From assembly GCA_048013815.1 (NCBI GenBank), contig CM106585.1, positions 20,150,001-20,214,000 on the forward strand: 64,000 nt of DNA, written 5' to 3'. The notes beneath the pieces were generated by a model, which made no database searches, was not told the origin of the DNA, and was given only the letters and a program-made list of their open reading frames with translations. Made by a program: the position numbers and the translations under genes. The DNA is from Setoptus koraiensis (lineage: Eukaryota > Animalia > Arthropoda). Shown piece by piece: positions 1 through 12,145 of this stretch. Every line of letters begins with the position of its first letter. The stretch's first letter is position 1.

Positions 1-221
1 GCTGGATTGTTGTTGCCAGTTGGAGAGTGTAGATCTTTGTGCAGCAAATTCTGCGTAGTTGGTGTCGTATTATCTTTTTTGGTGTGTTTCTTCCATACTT
101 TAGAGTTTGTTTTGTTGTTACCTTGTTGGCTGCAAACATCAATATTATTATCATTATTCCTGGCGACAATACGATGTTGCTGCGCTGAGTCTGCCGCCGA
201 TGTTTCCGTTAATTTACCCAT
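1..221 (-). CDS. Possible 5' end of a gene running off the window edge (MGKLTETSAADSAQQHRIVARNNDNN...), unknown product
   Basis: ATG at 221-219 preceded by an in-frame TGA (227-225); 73 open codons to the edge; Asn/Thr-rich like other proteins here. No homology recognised. Confidence 0.3.
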   Translation of the reverse strand, partial: MGKLTETSAADSAQQHRIVARNNDNNIDVCSQQGNNKTNSKVWKKHTKKDNTTPTTQNLLHKDLHSPTGNNNP

Positions 222-2184
222 GTATCAAACGAAGGCAAGAAGCGCTGGGGGACTAGCCTGTTAGTGGTAACAGCAGAGCGTTGTAGTAGGGGTCGTCACT
301 TTCAAGCTAGCTGCGAGGTTACTATAACCGTGTGTTTTTGTACTATAACAAGTCTTAGTTGTCGTCTCAGTTAGACTATGCCGATGTGTATAGGCATGTT
401 TGTGAGCGTGTCTATCTATATTTTTGGAAGATGGTGGTCTTGTCGCGTAGAGTTTATTGTGAGTGAATAAGCTGATAAATTATGATTTTGCTCGCAATGT
501 GTGCAAAGCAAACAGCGATAGATATTTCTGATGTGATCTGATACGTGCCCAACAACTATTTTCTTTTTTCGAATTGTTTCACGGACTTTGAATAATAATG
601 ATAATAATAATAGTAATAGTAAATCATTTGTAATAGGTGTGCGTGTGTGTGTTTACCCGTATAGCAATGTAAGCGATGATAATGAATTGCCACTAACACT
701 AACAACTGTTTTAATAGTAGGAATATTATTACTATTGCACTCAAATAATTTATAAATAATTTTTTTGCACATGATGATTAGGTGAAGAATTCTTTTTTCA
801 TGTTGTTGGTGATCGTGTGACGTTTCGTTGTCCCATAGACGTGATCTTGTTATCAACGATCTGTTATTGTTGTTAGAGTGGTCGGTGTATTTGGCGTATA
901 TCATCTTGGTTGCTTTGTTGACACATACGTAAAACACATACAAATACGAAGAAACGGCTACTAGTTGGTTAGTTATTTGCGATAGAAACAATCTTCTATT
1001 CTACACTGACTGACGATGCCTATCACAAAGTGTCTGTATATTGGTCGCTGTTAGTCGCTAGCCGGATTGTTGCAGATAACTGATGTAAATAATGAGTACT
1101 ATGGTAGTGAAATGGTTTGCGGCGACTCTATTGCACTTGTTTTCCGTCGACGATATTCACAAATGTGTGTTACAAACAATGTGGGTATTGTTTTTCGCAG
1201 AGAAAAAGCTCAGCTTCAGCTTGCCATGTCTGGTGGCGAGGCTGGGGCGCACAGTTTAGTAAGGCCACTACTACTGACTAGTCATTTGGCGTCCATTGTT
1301 TGCGTGGAGAGACTGCGTTGTCACTAATTTGTTGTTGTGTCTACTGATTTAGATTTTAATTATAAAATTCCGACGAAATCGACGACGACTGCGACGATGA
1401 CTGGGGCCACAGTGTGGAAATCCGCAATTGGAAGATCGCTGAGAACGACGATATTCGGTTGGATATTGGTGTTGTTATTATTGTTGTTGTTGTTGGTGTG
1501 AATTCTTCTGTGTGCGCTATCTTGTTAGCTAATGATCGCTAGATTTTGCTGATTGCTGTATTATTGTTGTTAATAATAATATTTTATCTCTTATTAAATA
1601 GAGAATCAGGATAAATGAATCGATGAGAATTATTTTCTATGTGTTATTAGTAAAAGATGGTTTACTTTCTCCGAATATTCTCCATCTATGTTGTGTAAAA
1701 ATTCGACGAATGCACAACACACACACACACACACGCACACACACACACACGCTCACATTCAGACAGACAGACAGACACACACATATGTGTGTAGTAGCAT
1801 CGAACTATTTTGAAAACACAACTGAGGAGTTTTAGTTCGATATTTCTAAAAATTACTCCTATCGCCAGCTTGCTGTGTTGAGAGCGCACACACACACACA
1901 CACTCGCTCGCTCGCTCGCTTTGCGTTTGTGCTCTTGCTATTCGATGGCGGCTACAGTGCCAGTGCCGCCATTACCACTAACACTATTACCATTGGCACT
2001 GTTACACTGGCTACAATGCAGTGAGTCTGACTGTGAGTCGCTAGTTCGAACTATCGAACTAAACTGTGCGCTCGTTCCTTCAACTCCGCACACATAAGCA
2101 CACACCACTCTATGCAAGAAGATTATCCGCGCTACAATGTGTGGCCCATGATGGTGCTTGTGTAACAACAATCAAAAGTTCGCC

Positions 2185-2306
<122 letters not shown>

Positions 2307-4675
2307 GTGTACACAAAAACACATGCACAGACTCGGTGGCGCACAGTCTATTCAGGCTGGTCTAGGCTGCGCTTTCTATAGGCGCGCTGCGTTGTTGGCT
2401 AGTGGTCGTTGGCAGTGTTACTGCGACTGCCGCTGCTGTAGTCAGCCAGCCAGCTATGGCCACCAGACCAACAACATCATGTCGTTGTTACCCCTGATAA
2501 TACTATTCCCTTTTCGCAGACACACAGTTAGAAAATCCCTCAACTCTACCGAGTTTGCATATGGCTGCCCTATGGAGCAGTCTATGGACGGTGCACACAA
2601 ATATAAGTTATGTAAGTGATATAAAGTGAAAAGCGAGCTGATATCCCGCGCAGACTAGACAGGCCGATGGCGTTCTCAAACCAATTGCCAATTGGACTCG
2701 CCAACAGACAGCCAGCCAGCTAGACAGCCAGCCGCTAGTCATCCGAGTCAGCAGATGGGCTAGATAGGCGAGTGGCAGGGCCAGTTTTCCAACACTTTCA
2801 GCTTCTCTGTCAAGACGTCTATCGTGAGGTGCCTTGCATCCTCACCCATCCACCCTCGCTCATTAGCTGGCTGGCTGGCTGGCTTGTTGGCTCAATCGGT
2901 CGCCTTGATTCGATGCTTACACGAACCAACGCTGCAAGTGTCTAGCCAGAAGTAGAGCTGCTTAGTTCGTTTAAGTTCCACCCCTGACCGCTTGCCTATG
3001 ATATGTTTATGCTCTCTAACGAGTGAGTGGTATATGTGATACAATTCGTTCGTTAGCTCAACAGCGGTCCAGTCAATGGCGGCAATCCTAATGGTCAGAT
3101 CAACGCTGAAAGAAACAACATTTATTGGCATACACATTTATTACCACTCACGCTGTCCGTCGTAAGTAGTATAATCGAAGCATCATCCATAGTGACTCGC
3201 TGATGCCGACCACTCTCTTGTGATTTGTCAGGTCTCAAAGTCCGAACGGTATTCGCTCCTTATGTATGGTTTGTCATTCTTCGTATGATGATGGCAAATG
3301 ATCATAGGTAAACTGCTGCTGCTGCTGATGCGGCGACCGCCGCCGCCGTCGTCACTGCCACCAACAGACAGGGAACTCTTTTGCGGGTCAGTTCGGCAGT
3401 TTTCGCGCGGGGCGGCTGAACACGATGACCAACGAAAATAGAGAGCGATAGAGAGATAGAAAAACTGCTGGACATGACCAAATATTATTAATAATGCAGG
3501 CACGAATAACATCGCACTGCTACTGGTATTGTTGTTGGACGTTGGTTGCTCACCATACGCAAGGACCTATGGATAGCATCAATTCAATAAGTTGGTTGAC
3601 ATCGCAAAACAACCTCAATGCACAGAAGAATCATCGCCATCATCCTGCTCATCTCTCGAACCATTGGCTTCGATAACAGGATTAAAAGAATTCGTAGCCT
3701 GTCGCACAGTAGTAGTAATAGTGGTGCTGGATAGACTCAAACATGACCAAAGACTCTCTAGCAGACAGGGCACTTCTGATATCTGGCTCTGGCCTGTGTT
3801 ACGCCTATACACACAGCTGATTTTTACTATTAAAATCAGATTGCAGGGACAGAACAACTTTTTTTCTTGCCAACAACGTCTTGCCAGCAACTTTGATCAA
3901 GCTGGACGTTATTTGGCGACACAAATTCAAGTTAAGCTCTCTCCCGCTTTGGCTCTCACCTGTGACCAACACCAAAAGACCAGACCAACATGGTAATGTC
4001 CATGTATCTGCAGCAGTTGAATGCGCTAGTTAGTTGCGTCTGGCTGAAATAAATGAAATGCTGGCTAGAAATGAACACACTGAATGATCACACCGAGTAG
4101 CAGTGCTATTACTATCATTACACAACATTGTCTCACAAGTGTAAAATAAATATATATATGTACATGAATGTGTGTATATATATATATATAAACGTATATG
4201 GTAGAAAATAACATCAATCAGAGTCGAGCTGACGCTACACATGTAGCCTTCGAGAGAGCGAACGATGTTTCGCAACGCTTGATAAAGGCTCAACAACGAC
4301 ATTGTAACTGTACTTTCCTAATGGCCCAGTCGAACAGGTGAAACAAAATCAAAACAGTTGCATGTGCGTGTTCGATGGCAGAATCATGAATGAATATCTC
4401 TTCTGTGTGCGAGAGCACATGCGAGAATTTCATGGATAAAACTGTGCCATACAACACACACTCACACGCATCCACTTGCAAGCGCGGTGAATGGTATTAT
4501 TTTTGTGTCATGATGGCCTTTGTTGCAAGCAAATGCTTCTCACAATAACGAAACTCAATTTCATTGCCTAGAATAATTTGTATATTATTATTATTATTAT
4601 TTAATTAAAAACTATTTTTTGTTTGAATAATTATTTATTTTCGGTGGATCGACTTAATAGGGAACTAAAGGGAAC

Positions 4676-5806
4676 ATGTCAACCCCAGGTAGCAAATATA
4701 TAGCCACACATGATGGAGTCTTTCATTGTGATGAAGTTACAGCATGTTTCATGCTTAAACAATTACCCACTTTCAAGGATCATGCTATTGTTAGGACACG
4801 AGATGAGAATCTATTAAATTCTGCCGATATTGTTGTGGATGTCGGAGGTGTGTTCGATAGCACCAAGAGAAGATTCGACCATCATCAGCGCACCTTTCAA
4901 TTGACTATAAAAGACTTTCATCCAAACATAAAGTCAACCAATCCCGACAAACCGATTAGATTGAGTTCAGCTGGACTTGTATACGCGCACTACGGTAAAC
5001 AATTCTTAGAAGAAGTACTCAAATCGACACTCAATAGTACCGACGATTCCGACCAAGTTGATGGTCAACATTCAGAAACATTCATCCTCAATCAGAAAAT
5101 GTTGGACGCTGTTTATGATAAATTTTACACTTCATTTATGGAAGAAATAGATGCTATAGACAACGGCGTTGATTTGGCTGCAGGTGAAGACATTGTCTAC
5201 AACTATAAAGTGCATACTGATCTGGCATCCAGAATATCAAGATTGAATCCAAGAAATGGATCCCCTTCGGCTCAACTCGAACAATTTCACGCGGCCATGT
5301 CGGTGGTTGGCGAAGAGCTTCTAGGGTGCGCAAAACAGCTTGCCACTTCTTGGTGGCCTTCGTTGGACAGACTTATCAATTGTGTCGAAGATCGGTATAG
5401 GGTGGACAAATCAGGAGAAATTATTGAAATTCCGACGGGAGGAGAGCTTAGCTGGAGGTCGTCTCTACTTGATGTCGAGGAGAAACTGTCCATCAAAGGT
5501 CAAATCAAGTATGTCATATACGAAAATCCACAGGATCAAGCAAAGTGGCGAGTTATGGCTGTACCGGAGGCTTCCAAGTCATTCAAAAGTAGATTGCCCC
5601 TTAAAGAGGAATGGCGCGGCCTGAGGGATGCTGAGTTACGCGAAAAATCTGGCATCCCTGACGTGCTTTTTGTACACGCGTCAGGTTTCACAGGAGGTGC
5701 TTTAAGCAGAGCGGGTTGCATTGCTATGGCCAAAAAAACGATGGAGTCCATTCAAACCAACGGCAATCAAGATGAAAACAAGGAAAAGAAGATGAAATCA
5801 GAGTGA
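4676..5806 (+). CDS. MYG1: MYG1 exonuclease (DHH family), copy A, 376 aa, no mitochondrial presequence
   Basis: Motifs IATHDGVFHCDE, VDVGGVFD, RFDHHQR, LSSAGLVYAHYG, EEIDAIDNG, FVHASGFTGG; in-frame TAG 18 nt upstream of the ATG. Confidence 0.95.
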   Translation: MSTPGSKYIATHDGVFHCDEVTACFMLKQLPTFKDHAIVRTRDENLLNSADIVVDVGGVFDSTKRRFDHHQRTFQLTIKDFHPNIKSTNPDKPIRLSSAGLVYAHYGKQFLEEVLKSTLNSTDDSDQVDGQHSETFILNQKMLDAVYDKFYTSFMEEIDAIDNGVDLAAGEDIVYNYKVHTDLASRISRLNPRNGSPSAQLEQFHAAMSVVGEELLGCAKQLATSWWPSLDRLINCVEDRYRVDKSGEIIEIPTGGELSWRSSLLDVEEKLSIKGQIKYVIYENPQDQAKWRVMAVPEASKSFKSRLPLKEEWRGLRDAELREKSGIPDVLFVHASGFTGGALSRAGCIAMAKKTMESIQTNGNQDENKEKKMKSE

Positions 5807-6121
5807 CCACAATGTAAAGTTATGAAGACAGTTGTTGGACGACGAATTTGTATTTAAAATCTATAGCCGAATTGATCAATCTTTGTCCGAACGGCGCCTC
5901 TTTTATGAACGATTTCATACCATTACTGTTTGGATAGAAAGATGTCTTTGTTTTTTCGTGGTTTTTCGTTCTTGTTGTTGGCCGTGGTTGTTGTTGTTAT
6001 TGTTGATATTATCGTCATCGAATGCTATATGTAACCCCTGATTCAGCATATTACTGTGCTCGATGTGATCACTGGTGAATAATTTCTGATTGTGAAATGA
6101 GGCTGTGTCTAGCATGGGATC
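4688..6121. repeat. Left arm of ~1.45-kb inverted duplication (partner 16079-17564)
   Basis: Coding and 3' flanking sequence align to the reverse complement of 16079-17564, e.g. GAAATCAGAGTGACCACAATGTAAAGTTATGA. Confidence 0.93.
5832..6121 (-). pseudogene. Truncated, frameshifted copy of the 3' end of the 1407-aa DUF4779-like gene
   Basis: Translates DPMLDTASFHNQKLFTSDHIEHSNMLNQG vs DPMLDMASFQNQKLFTNNHLEHSNMLDQG at 16079+; a net 4-nt deletion near 5950 shifts the frame; the 5' ~1310 codons are absent. Confidence 0.88.
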
Positions 6122-6277
6122 GTGCTGCAAGATGACAACGCCAGTATGGTGCTAGGCTTGCCCGCAATTGATCATAGATCTATGTCTATCTTATAGAAGC
6201 CTCTCTCGCCAAGTTAATTAGCTGAAGTTGATCCAGGTGAGAGATTAGTTCGCTCTGATTCGTTAACTCTCATCTAA

Positions 6278-6348
6278 GCATCGGTAGTTGAATGGTACAA
6301 TACTTCACTTCCAATGAAGTGGTCCGGGTTCGATTCCCGGCCGATGCA
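6278..6348 (+). tRNA. tRNA-Gly (anticodon TCC)
   Basis: Acceptor GCATCGG/CCGATGC+A, D-stem GTTG/CAAT, anticodon stem CTTCA/TGAAG with loop CT-TCC-AA (6310-6312), T-arm CCGGG-TTCGATT-CCCGG, T-run Pol III terminator just downstream. Confidence 0.93.
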
Positions 6349-6864
6349 TAAGCTTTTTGCCAATTAACTGGATTGTGAAGGTAAGATCAAAGTTTTTGCC
6401 AGTCTCAGAGTCAAAAGGCCAAGCATAGACGAGTTTTTGAATTGTAAAAAACGCCGATGATGAAACTTGATACTTTAACTGTGCACTTGGATAGAGCAAC
6501 CATTCAAGTTGATGATTTAATTAGCAGTTAATCAAGTTTTGACCAAGCACTTCAACTTTTCTGACCATCATGGCAGGGCATGCAGAACAGGTTCTCATTC
6601 TCCGTCCACTAACGATCAGCAACAACAAAAACATTGCACGGCGCCTGAAACACGCTTCCCCATCAGCTGATTCGTCTCCGTGCAGTCCCATGTGGAGGAC
6701 AGAACCGCGTGCGTCGGACAACCACTGTTCGCTGTGAATCTGGCCAAATATTTCATCAAGAACGCTTAGACTGAGGTCAAATTGAGAATTCATCCGACAA
6801 TCTATCCACCTGAACCATATAGTCCTAAATCATATCACACCAACACTTACTGACCAGTCTATCA

Positions 6865-7635
6865 ATGACGGAAACCACTTGCACATCACAAGCCGCGTCG
6901 CTGCCGCAGAAGAGATATTTTAGACAGAGGGCTCACGTAAATCCGATTGCCGATCACAATTTTGATTATCCTTTATCTCCCGATGAGGTTGACTGGGACA
7001 AATATTATAAATTTGTTGATGAAGAACAAAAGAATCTATCAAAAGTTAGATACCTTGATGTTGGCTGTGGATATGGTGGTCTACTTGTTGCCATGTCGCC
7101 CACTTTGGGCCCGAATGAACTAGGCCTGGGCATGGAAATCAGAACAAAAGTCAGTGAATACGTACAAGAAAGAATTCGTGCATTGAGGGAACAAAATAAT
7201 GGCCAATTTAGGAATATATGGTGTTTACGCACAAATGCCATGAGATACATACCCAACTATATAAATAAGGGACAATTGACAAAGATGTTCTTCTTGTTTC
7301 CGGATCCACATTTCAAAAAACAAAAACACAAGTGGAGAATAATAAACGAAGGACTACTCGCGGAATATGCCTACGTTTGTGCTGTAGGAGCAATAGTTTA
7401 CATTGCGACCGATGTGAAAGATTTGTACGATTGGATGGTCAAACATTTTAGTGAGCATCGTTTATTTGAACAACTAACCAGTGAGGAACTAGAGTCTGAC
7501 CAGACGATTGCTATGATCGTTTCAACCACTGAGGAGGGTAAAAAGGTGGAAAGAAATTGTGGCGATAAGTTTGTCTCGGCATTCCGGCGCATTGAACATT
7601 TGCCCCTCTCTTTAACAATGAATACACAACAATAA
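6865..7635 (+). CDS. METTL1: tRNA (guanine-N7)-methyltransferase (METTL1/Trm8), 256 aa
   Basis: PQKRYFRQRAHVNP, SAM motif YLDVGCGYGGLL, GMEIR, FPDPHFKK, ATDV. Confidence 0.96.
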   Translation: MTETTCTSQAASLPQKRYFRQRAHVNPIADHNFDYPLSPDEVDWDKYYKFVDEEQKNLSKVRYLDVGCGYGGLLVAMSPTLGPNELGLGMEIRTKVSEYVQERIRALREQNNGQFRNIWCLRTNAMRYIPNYINKGQLTKMFFLFPDPHFKKQKHKWRIINEGLLAEYAYVCAVGAIVYIATDVKDLYDWMVKHFSEHRLFEQLTSEELESDQTIAMIVSTTEEGKKVERNCGDKFVSAFRRIEHLPLSLTMNTQQ

Positions 7636-7648
7636 CAACAACAATAAC

Positions 7649-8717
7649 TCAAGTGTCAGTAGTTCTAGGAACTATAATACCAAATTTCAATCTTAGCTTC
7701 TCCATAAATACAAACGTCAATACAGTTTGGGGTGCCAATCTAATAAAAGCAGGAGTAAAACCCCTGAAGAAACCAATAAATCCTAGATCTGTTACAATAG
7801 AGCGTGCCACATCCATGGACCCTTTGTATGTGCCTGGCAAAACATTCATCATTCTTGTTTTCATCACGTCCAGAGGCTGGGTCATAGTAGTGGCAGAAAC
7901 TCCGGCCATTAAACTAGCTATTATGTGAGTAGAGGTATTGTCCTGAAAGAACCCGTTAGGTACTTTGTGTAATAAGGCATGTTTGAATTGGTCATAGGTA
8001 GATAATTGACCAATAGTCATAAGGATAGCACGACTAGTGGCCATAGATGTGCCGCTGAATAAAGTTTTGAGGCCCTCGTAGCGAATGATCATGGTTATAC
8101 CATCGAAGACGTGACTGTAATTACGTCGTAGGTCAAATGGTAATTTTATGTCATTTTGCATACGAACATTGACAACGTCTCCTGGGGTTCCCTGTAGTTT
8201 GAAGAACATGTGCCAACAACGATTGAGACGTTAGAATGATATGTAAGATTCAAAGAAAAAGATAGACATTATAATAATTATTATTATATAAGCAAAAACG
8301 TACCACGAAACCTCCAGCGGCTCCTGATACGGCGGCCATAAGAACTTTTTGATAGAATGGGGGATTCATGGAAGAGTCTCTAGATGCCGATTGCTTGAGC
8401 ACTTCATATAAACCAAACCTCGTTGTTGAATAAGTTAACTGACGCAATAGCGATGCTGATAATCCATTATAGAGAGCCGCATATCCTTGATTATTAATAA
8501 TTGAGATCGTGTTTTTCAGAAGGTGAAGCTCGTTGTTAGATTTGGCCGTTTGTAGATGAACCTTTAACAAGTCCAATGGGTGAGTAAGACACGCGGCAAG
8601 AGCCGACGCCACGCCACCGAAGTACCATTTGCCTAGTCGTGTTTCGGGGGGTATTTCAGCAACAGTTTCCAATAGTAGATCTATCTCTTTTGAATCCAAG
8701 TCGCGACTATTCAACAT
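7649..8717 (-). CDS. SLC25A10: Mitochondrial dicarboxylate carrier, 2 exons (8717-8304, 8191-7649), ~318 aa
   Basis: WYFGGVASALAACLTHPLDLLKVHLQ, GTPGDVVNVRMQND, TQPLDVMKTRMMN; 112-nt GT-AG phase-0 intron (8303-8192) joins GGFV|GTPGD. Confidence 0.93.
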
Positions 8718-8759
8718 TATCTATTTGTTTATTTAGATGATAGTTGTTTCAAATGATGA

Positions 8760-11100
8760 TCTCAATAGTTTGCTTCACTCTGTTGATTGACTTGACCTTG
8801 TGTGTCTCCAACGATAGTCTGTATATCTTTTCCCTAGTGATTATTCCTATTTATTCCTATAATTGATGATTACTTTATATAATATAATCAATTGTTTGTC
8901 TTCTTCATGGATCTCACTTAACTCTCAAGGCCTCTCTTTATCTCTTGTGAATGGATTGGATTTTTGCAGTAGAAGCAACCATATAACAGCAAGAATTGGC
9001 TTCAAAGTCATTAGGTCGCAAGCACGTTTTCAGCTAGGTAAACAGGACTTGATGGCACAAATGTTAGATATTGTTGACAGACTTTCTAGATCTAGATACT
9101 AGATGGAGGATGGTGTAATGTTAGTTGAGACAGATCTTTATCTTCAAACCATGGCTCGAAAAAATGTGTTCTAAATAGTTCGAATGCTCGAACACGGCGC
9201 GCATTTCGAATGGTACCACACTTGCAAATGAATAGTTCATGGACGGATACCAAGTCGATAGTGGTCACCGATGGTGAATTTCGCCATCGCAAGATCGCGT
9301 CGGCGAAAATACTGAGCAAAACCAAGTGTAACCTCGGCAAAGATTGAACATCTGAAATTTGTCACCATTTTGTCCGTCACAAGCGGAACATCCGGTTTAT
9401 TAGATATCATGCCAAGCTCTCTCAATTGTTCGTCGAAACGTTAGGCGCCTCACAAACCAGTTGCCTTTCTTGTTTGTTGTTTTTTTTTCTTTTCCAATAA
9501 AGAGTGGCCGAAAAAGATTTTCATTACCTGTCAGCAACTGCTTTCATCGCTGCCCAATCCCAAGAGTGGATGTCTATCAAATTCCTTAGATCAACCTGCA
9601 CAAGATGCGCACTGGATAGATTAATTGACTCAGATGCTTCGCTTATGTTATGATTCACATGCTAATCAGCAGATTATTGGGACCACTTCTGATTTATATC
9701 ATAAAACTCCTATGATAGGAGCAGGTTTTTAGAACTAACATCCCAACCAAAGCTCTGGTCAGAGCACAAAATTCTAACACCAGCAATCATCATTCAACAA
9801 TTGATCGAATTGTCACCATTTCAGTATTCTAATCACAAGCTGTCTTACTAGGAGAAGTTCAAGTTTGATTGAGGTTTTCCAACCTGGATAATTTCAGTGG
9901 ACAGCTTGGTCAGGAAGTTATGTCATAATAGAGTAGACAAAGACTATTATCATCCTCTATGACAGCGGTCGGAGTGTCTCTACATATTAGCAAATTGTTT
10001 TTTCAAATTCTAACCGTACAGATTATTTGTACCGTGATGAAAATTTCGTCTGGCCAATTGAAAGATTGCACAAACCATTCCATCATCGCGAACTTAGTAC
10101 CTTTTGTTATGGCCCGTTCTTATTGACAAGCCACTTGTCCATTGTTGACAGTAGTATGACTGCAGTGCTGTCCAGTCACCTGAATTACAGCAGTCAGATA
10201 TGGAGTAATTATTTAACTTTACCACTGTCGATCATCAACCATACAAAATCACTAGTAATAGACAATTTCCGTCAGCTCATCATCTGTCTAAAGTATAGAA
10301 GAGTAATCAACTTTTGGAACTTTAATTTCACCGTCACGTGCTGGTCAACCTACACTGAGAATATTTTGTAAAGTCTCATGATAACAACTGTGTCGACAAT
10401 TGTGCGGTAGGATGTGATTGATAGATCACAATAATACAGGCCACAATTGGATGACAAATAGTGATGTGTTTGTATTTTACTTGCTCCAACAGATATGCCC
10501 ACGTCAACGATTATCATCCAATGGTATATGGAGGATGAAGATGTCATGCACAATTGATGGAGACCTGAGCATTCATAGCTTATATTCTTAGTGAAAGTGG
10601 TTGCGCTTCTCATCCTCCTTCGGGTTGCCGATTCTTGGCTAGAATCCTTTTTATCCTGCTGCGATTCTTCGGTTGCTGTTGCCGCTGTCTCAACGCAACC
10701 AAATGTTATCTAGCCTCTGGAAAACGGCGATTCCTCTCTCAGCTAATGCAGTCACTATTAGCTTGAATAGAGAGACAAGTCGTACTTACTCCATGTTCTG
10801 TTGTTGTATTATTTAATGTCGATGAATTGGAACAAATTGTGACAAATTCGTTCGTTTGCATGAACTCGTATATCGAAGCTTTTCGTAATGTCTGGAATGG
10901 TTCGATGAGACTTGCTCACGTATAGCAACTTTCGATGCATTCTCTCCATTATTTTGGACTATAATGACTTTAGGAATATCAACATAGCACACACAAACAC
11001 ACCGATGAGCTAAACATTATTTGGATTAATAATAGAACTGGTGTGTTCTTTTTATTCAACAAAGAACATAGAAACGGTACATTGATAGAACTGGGGGTAA
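8760..11100 (-). pseudogene. Possible decayed membrane-protein gene (weak DEG/ENaC-like hints)
   Basis: 2.3 kb with no ORF >115 aa in a region where spacers are otherwise short; stop-interrupted protein-like stretches (ECSGLHQL..HWMII, FVTICSN, LFICKCG, PVYLAENVLA); donor-like GGA|GTAAGT near 10790. Family assignment is weak. Confidence 0.25.
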
Positions 11101-12145
11101 GAACGACAAAAAAACAAAACATCGGACAAGATTGCCGACTAGCAACAACAGCACATGTTTACCTGATACAAATAGATTGAATGGCTGCTTTTTTCTTATC
11201 TCTATTTTATATTGCATCAGATGCATCATTAAATGACTTTAACCAATAACAAGTAATCAACTATTGAGCTATTCGAATCGATCGATTGAATGGACTTGCG
11301 ATAGAACTGGAACTAAGCAAAGATGATGGTATAGTTATAATTGTCTTTCTTTCTCTCTTTCTCAATGGTTAGTCACTAGCTAGTGTAGATAGAGTCTAGA
11401 CGTAAGTTTAGTTAAACTATTTGACAACAACAACAACACGGAGATTGTGACATAGGAAAGAGGAAGGAGTTAGCCTCCGTCAGAGCACCTTTCGGGTTTT
11501 ATTTGGACGCCTTGAGAGTCCATCAACATTTGAATCAGCAACTACCTATTAGATGATTGATTGTAGATAGTAATGGCAGTAGCTTTAGTAGTAGTAGTAG
11601 TAGTGGGTGACATGACAACTGAAATCTAATGATGCATGAAACAATGATGATGATAATAATAATCTGAGTGGACAAACAGCACACACAGATACAGAGGGAT
11701 AAACTGAGAAAGAAAAAACCAAGAAGAACTAACTGTAAGCATTACATTATTTATATTTATAAAAGTTATACACTATGTAGCTGTAGAATTTGCATCATCT
11801 CAATATGAGTTCTAGTATTTACCATGCTCATTGGTTAGTAGGTGATCATCATTATTACTTGCCACTGTTGATCATGTTGTGTTTGCCGGTTAGACGAGTC
11901 GAGATTATTTGTCATTTGTCATTTGCATCATTTCGAAATTACACTGTTATGTTGCTTTCAGCAAGACGAACATGTAAGTTAGTATTTTATAACTCGAGGA
12001 GAATCGCGTCGGATAATCATGTCAGATATCAAACGTCACTGTTAGTGTAAACATCATTATTGTGAATCTATAACAACAACGCAATCAATCATGATTAAAA
12101 TCAGAACAAACAATTTGTGACAAGTGTGCATAATATCTACATATC

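Noticed and set aside
3228-3996. Same-frame minus-strand ORF pieces with hydrophobic stretch
   Set aside because: Interrupted by several stops, no family recognised; insufficient support.
6521-6793. 90-aa minus-strand ORF between tRNA and METTL1
   Set aside because: No recognisable homology; likely METTL1 upstream region.
6278-7635. Functional linkage of a tRNA gene beside a tRNA methyltransferase, and of cramped near Jarid2
   Set aside because: No mechanism for operon-like coupling evident; adjacency is plausibly chance in a dense genome.
10243-10256. 14-nt match to miR-7 (ACTAGTGATTTTGT on minus strand)
   Set aside because: Seed (TGGAAG) absent and no hairpin seen.
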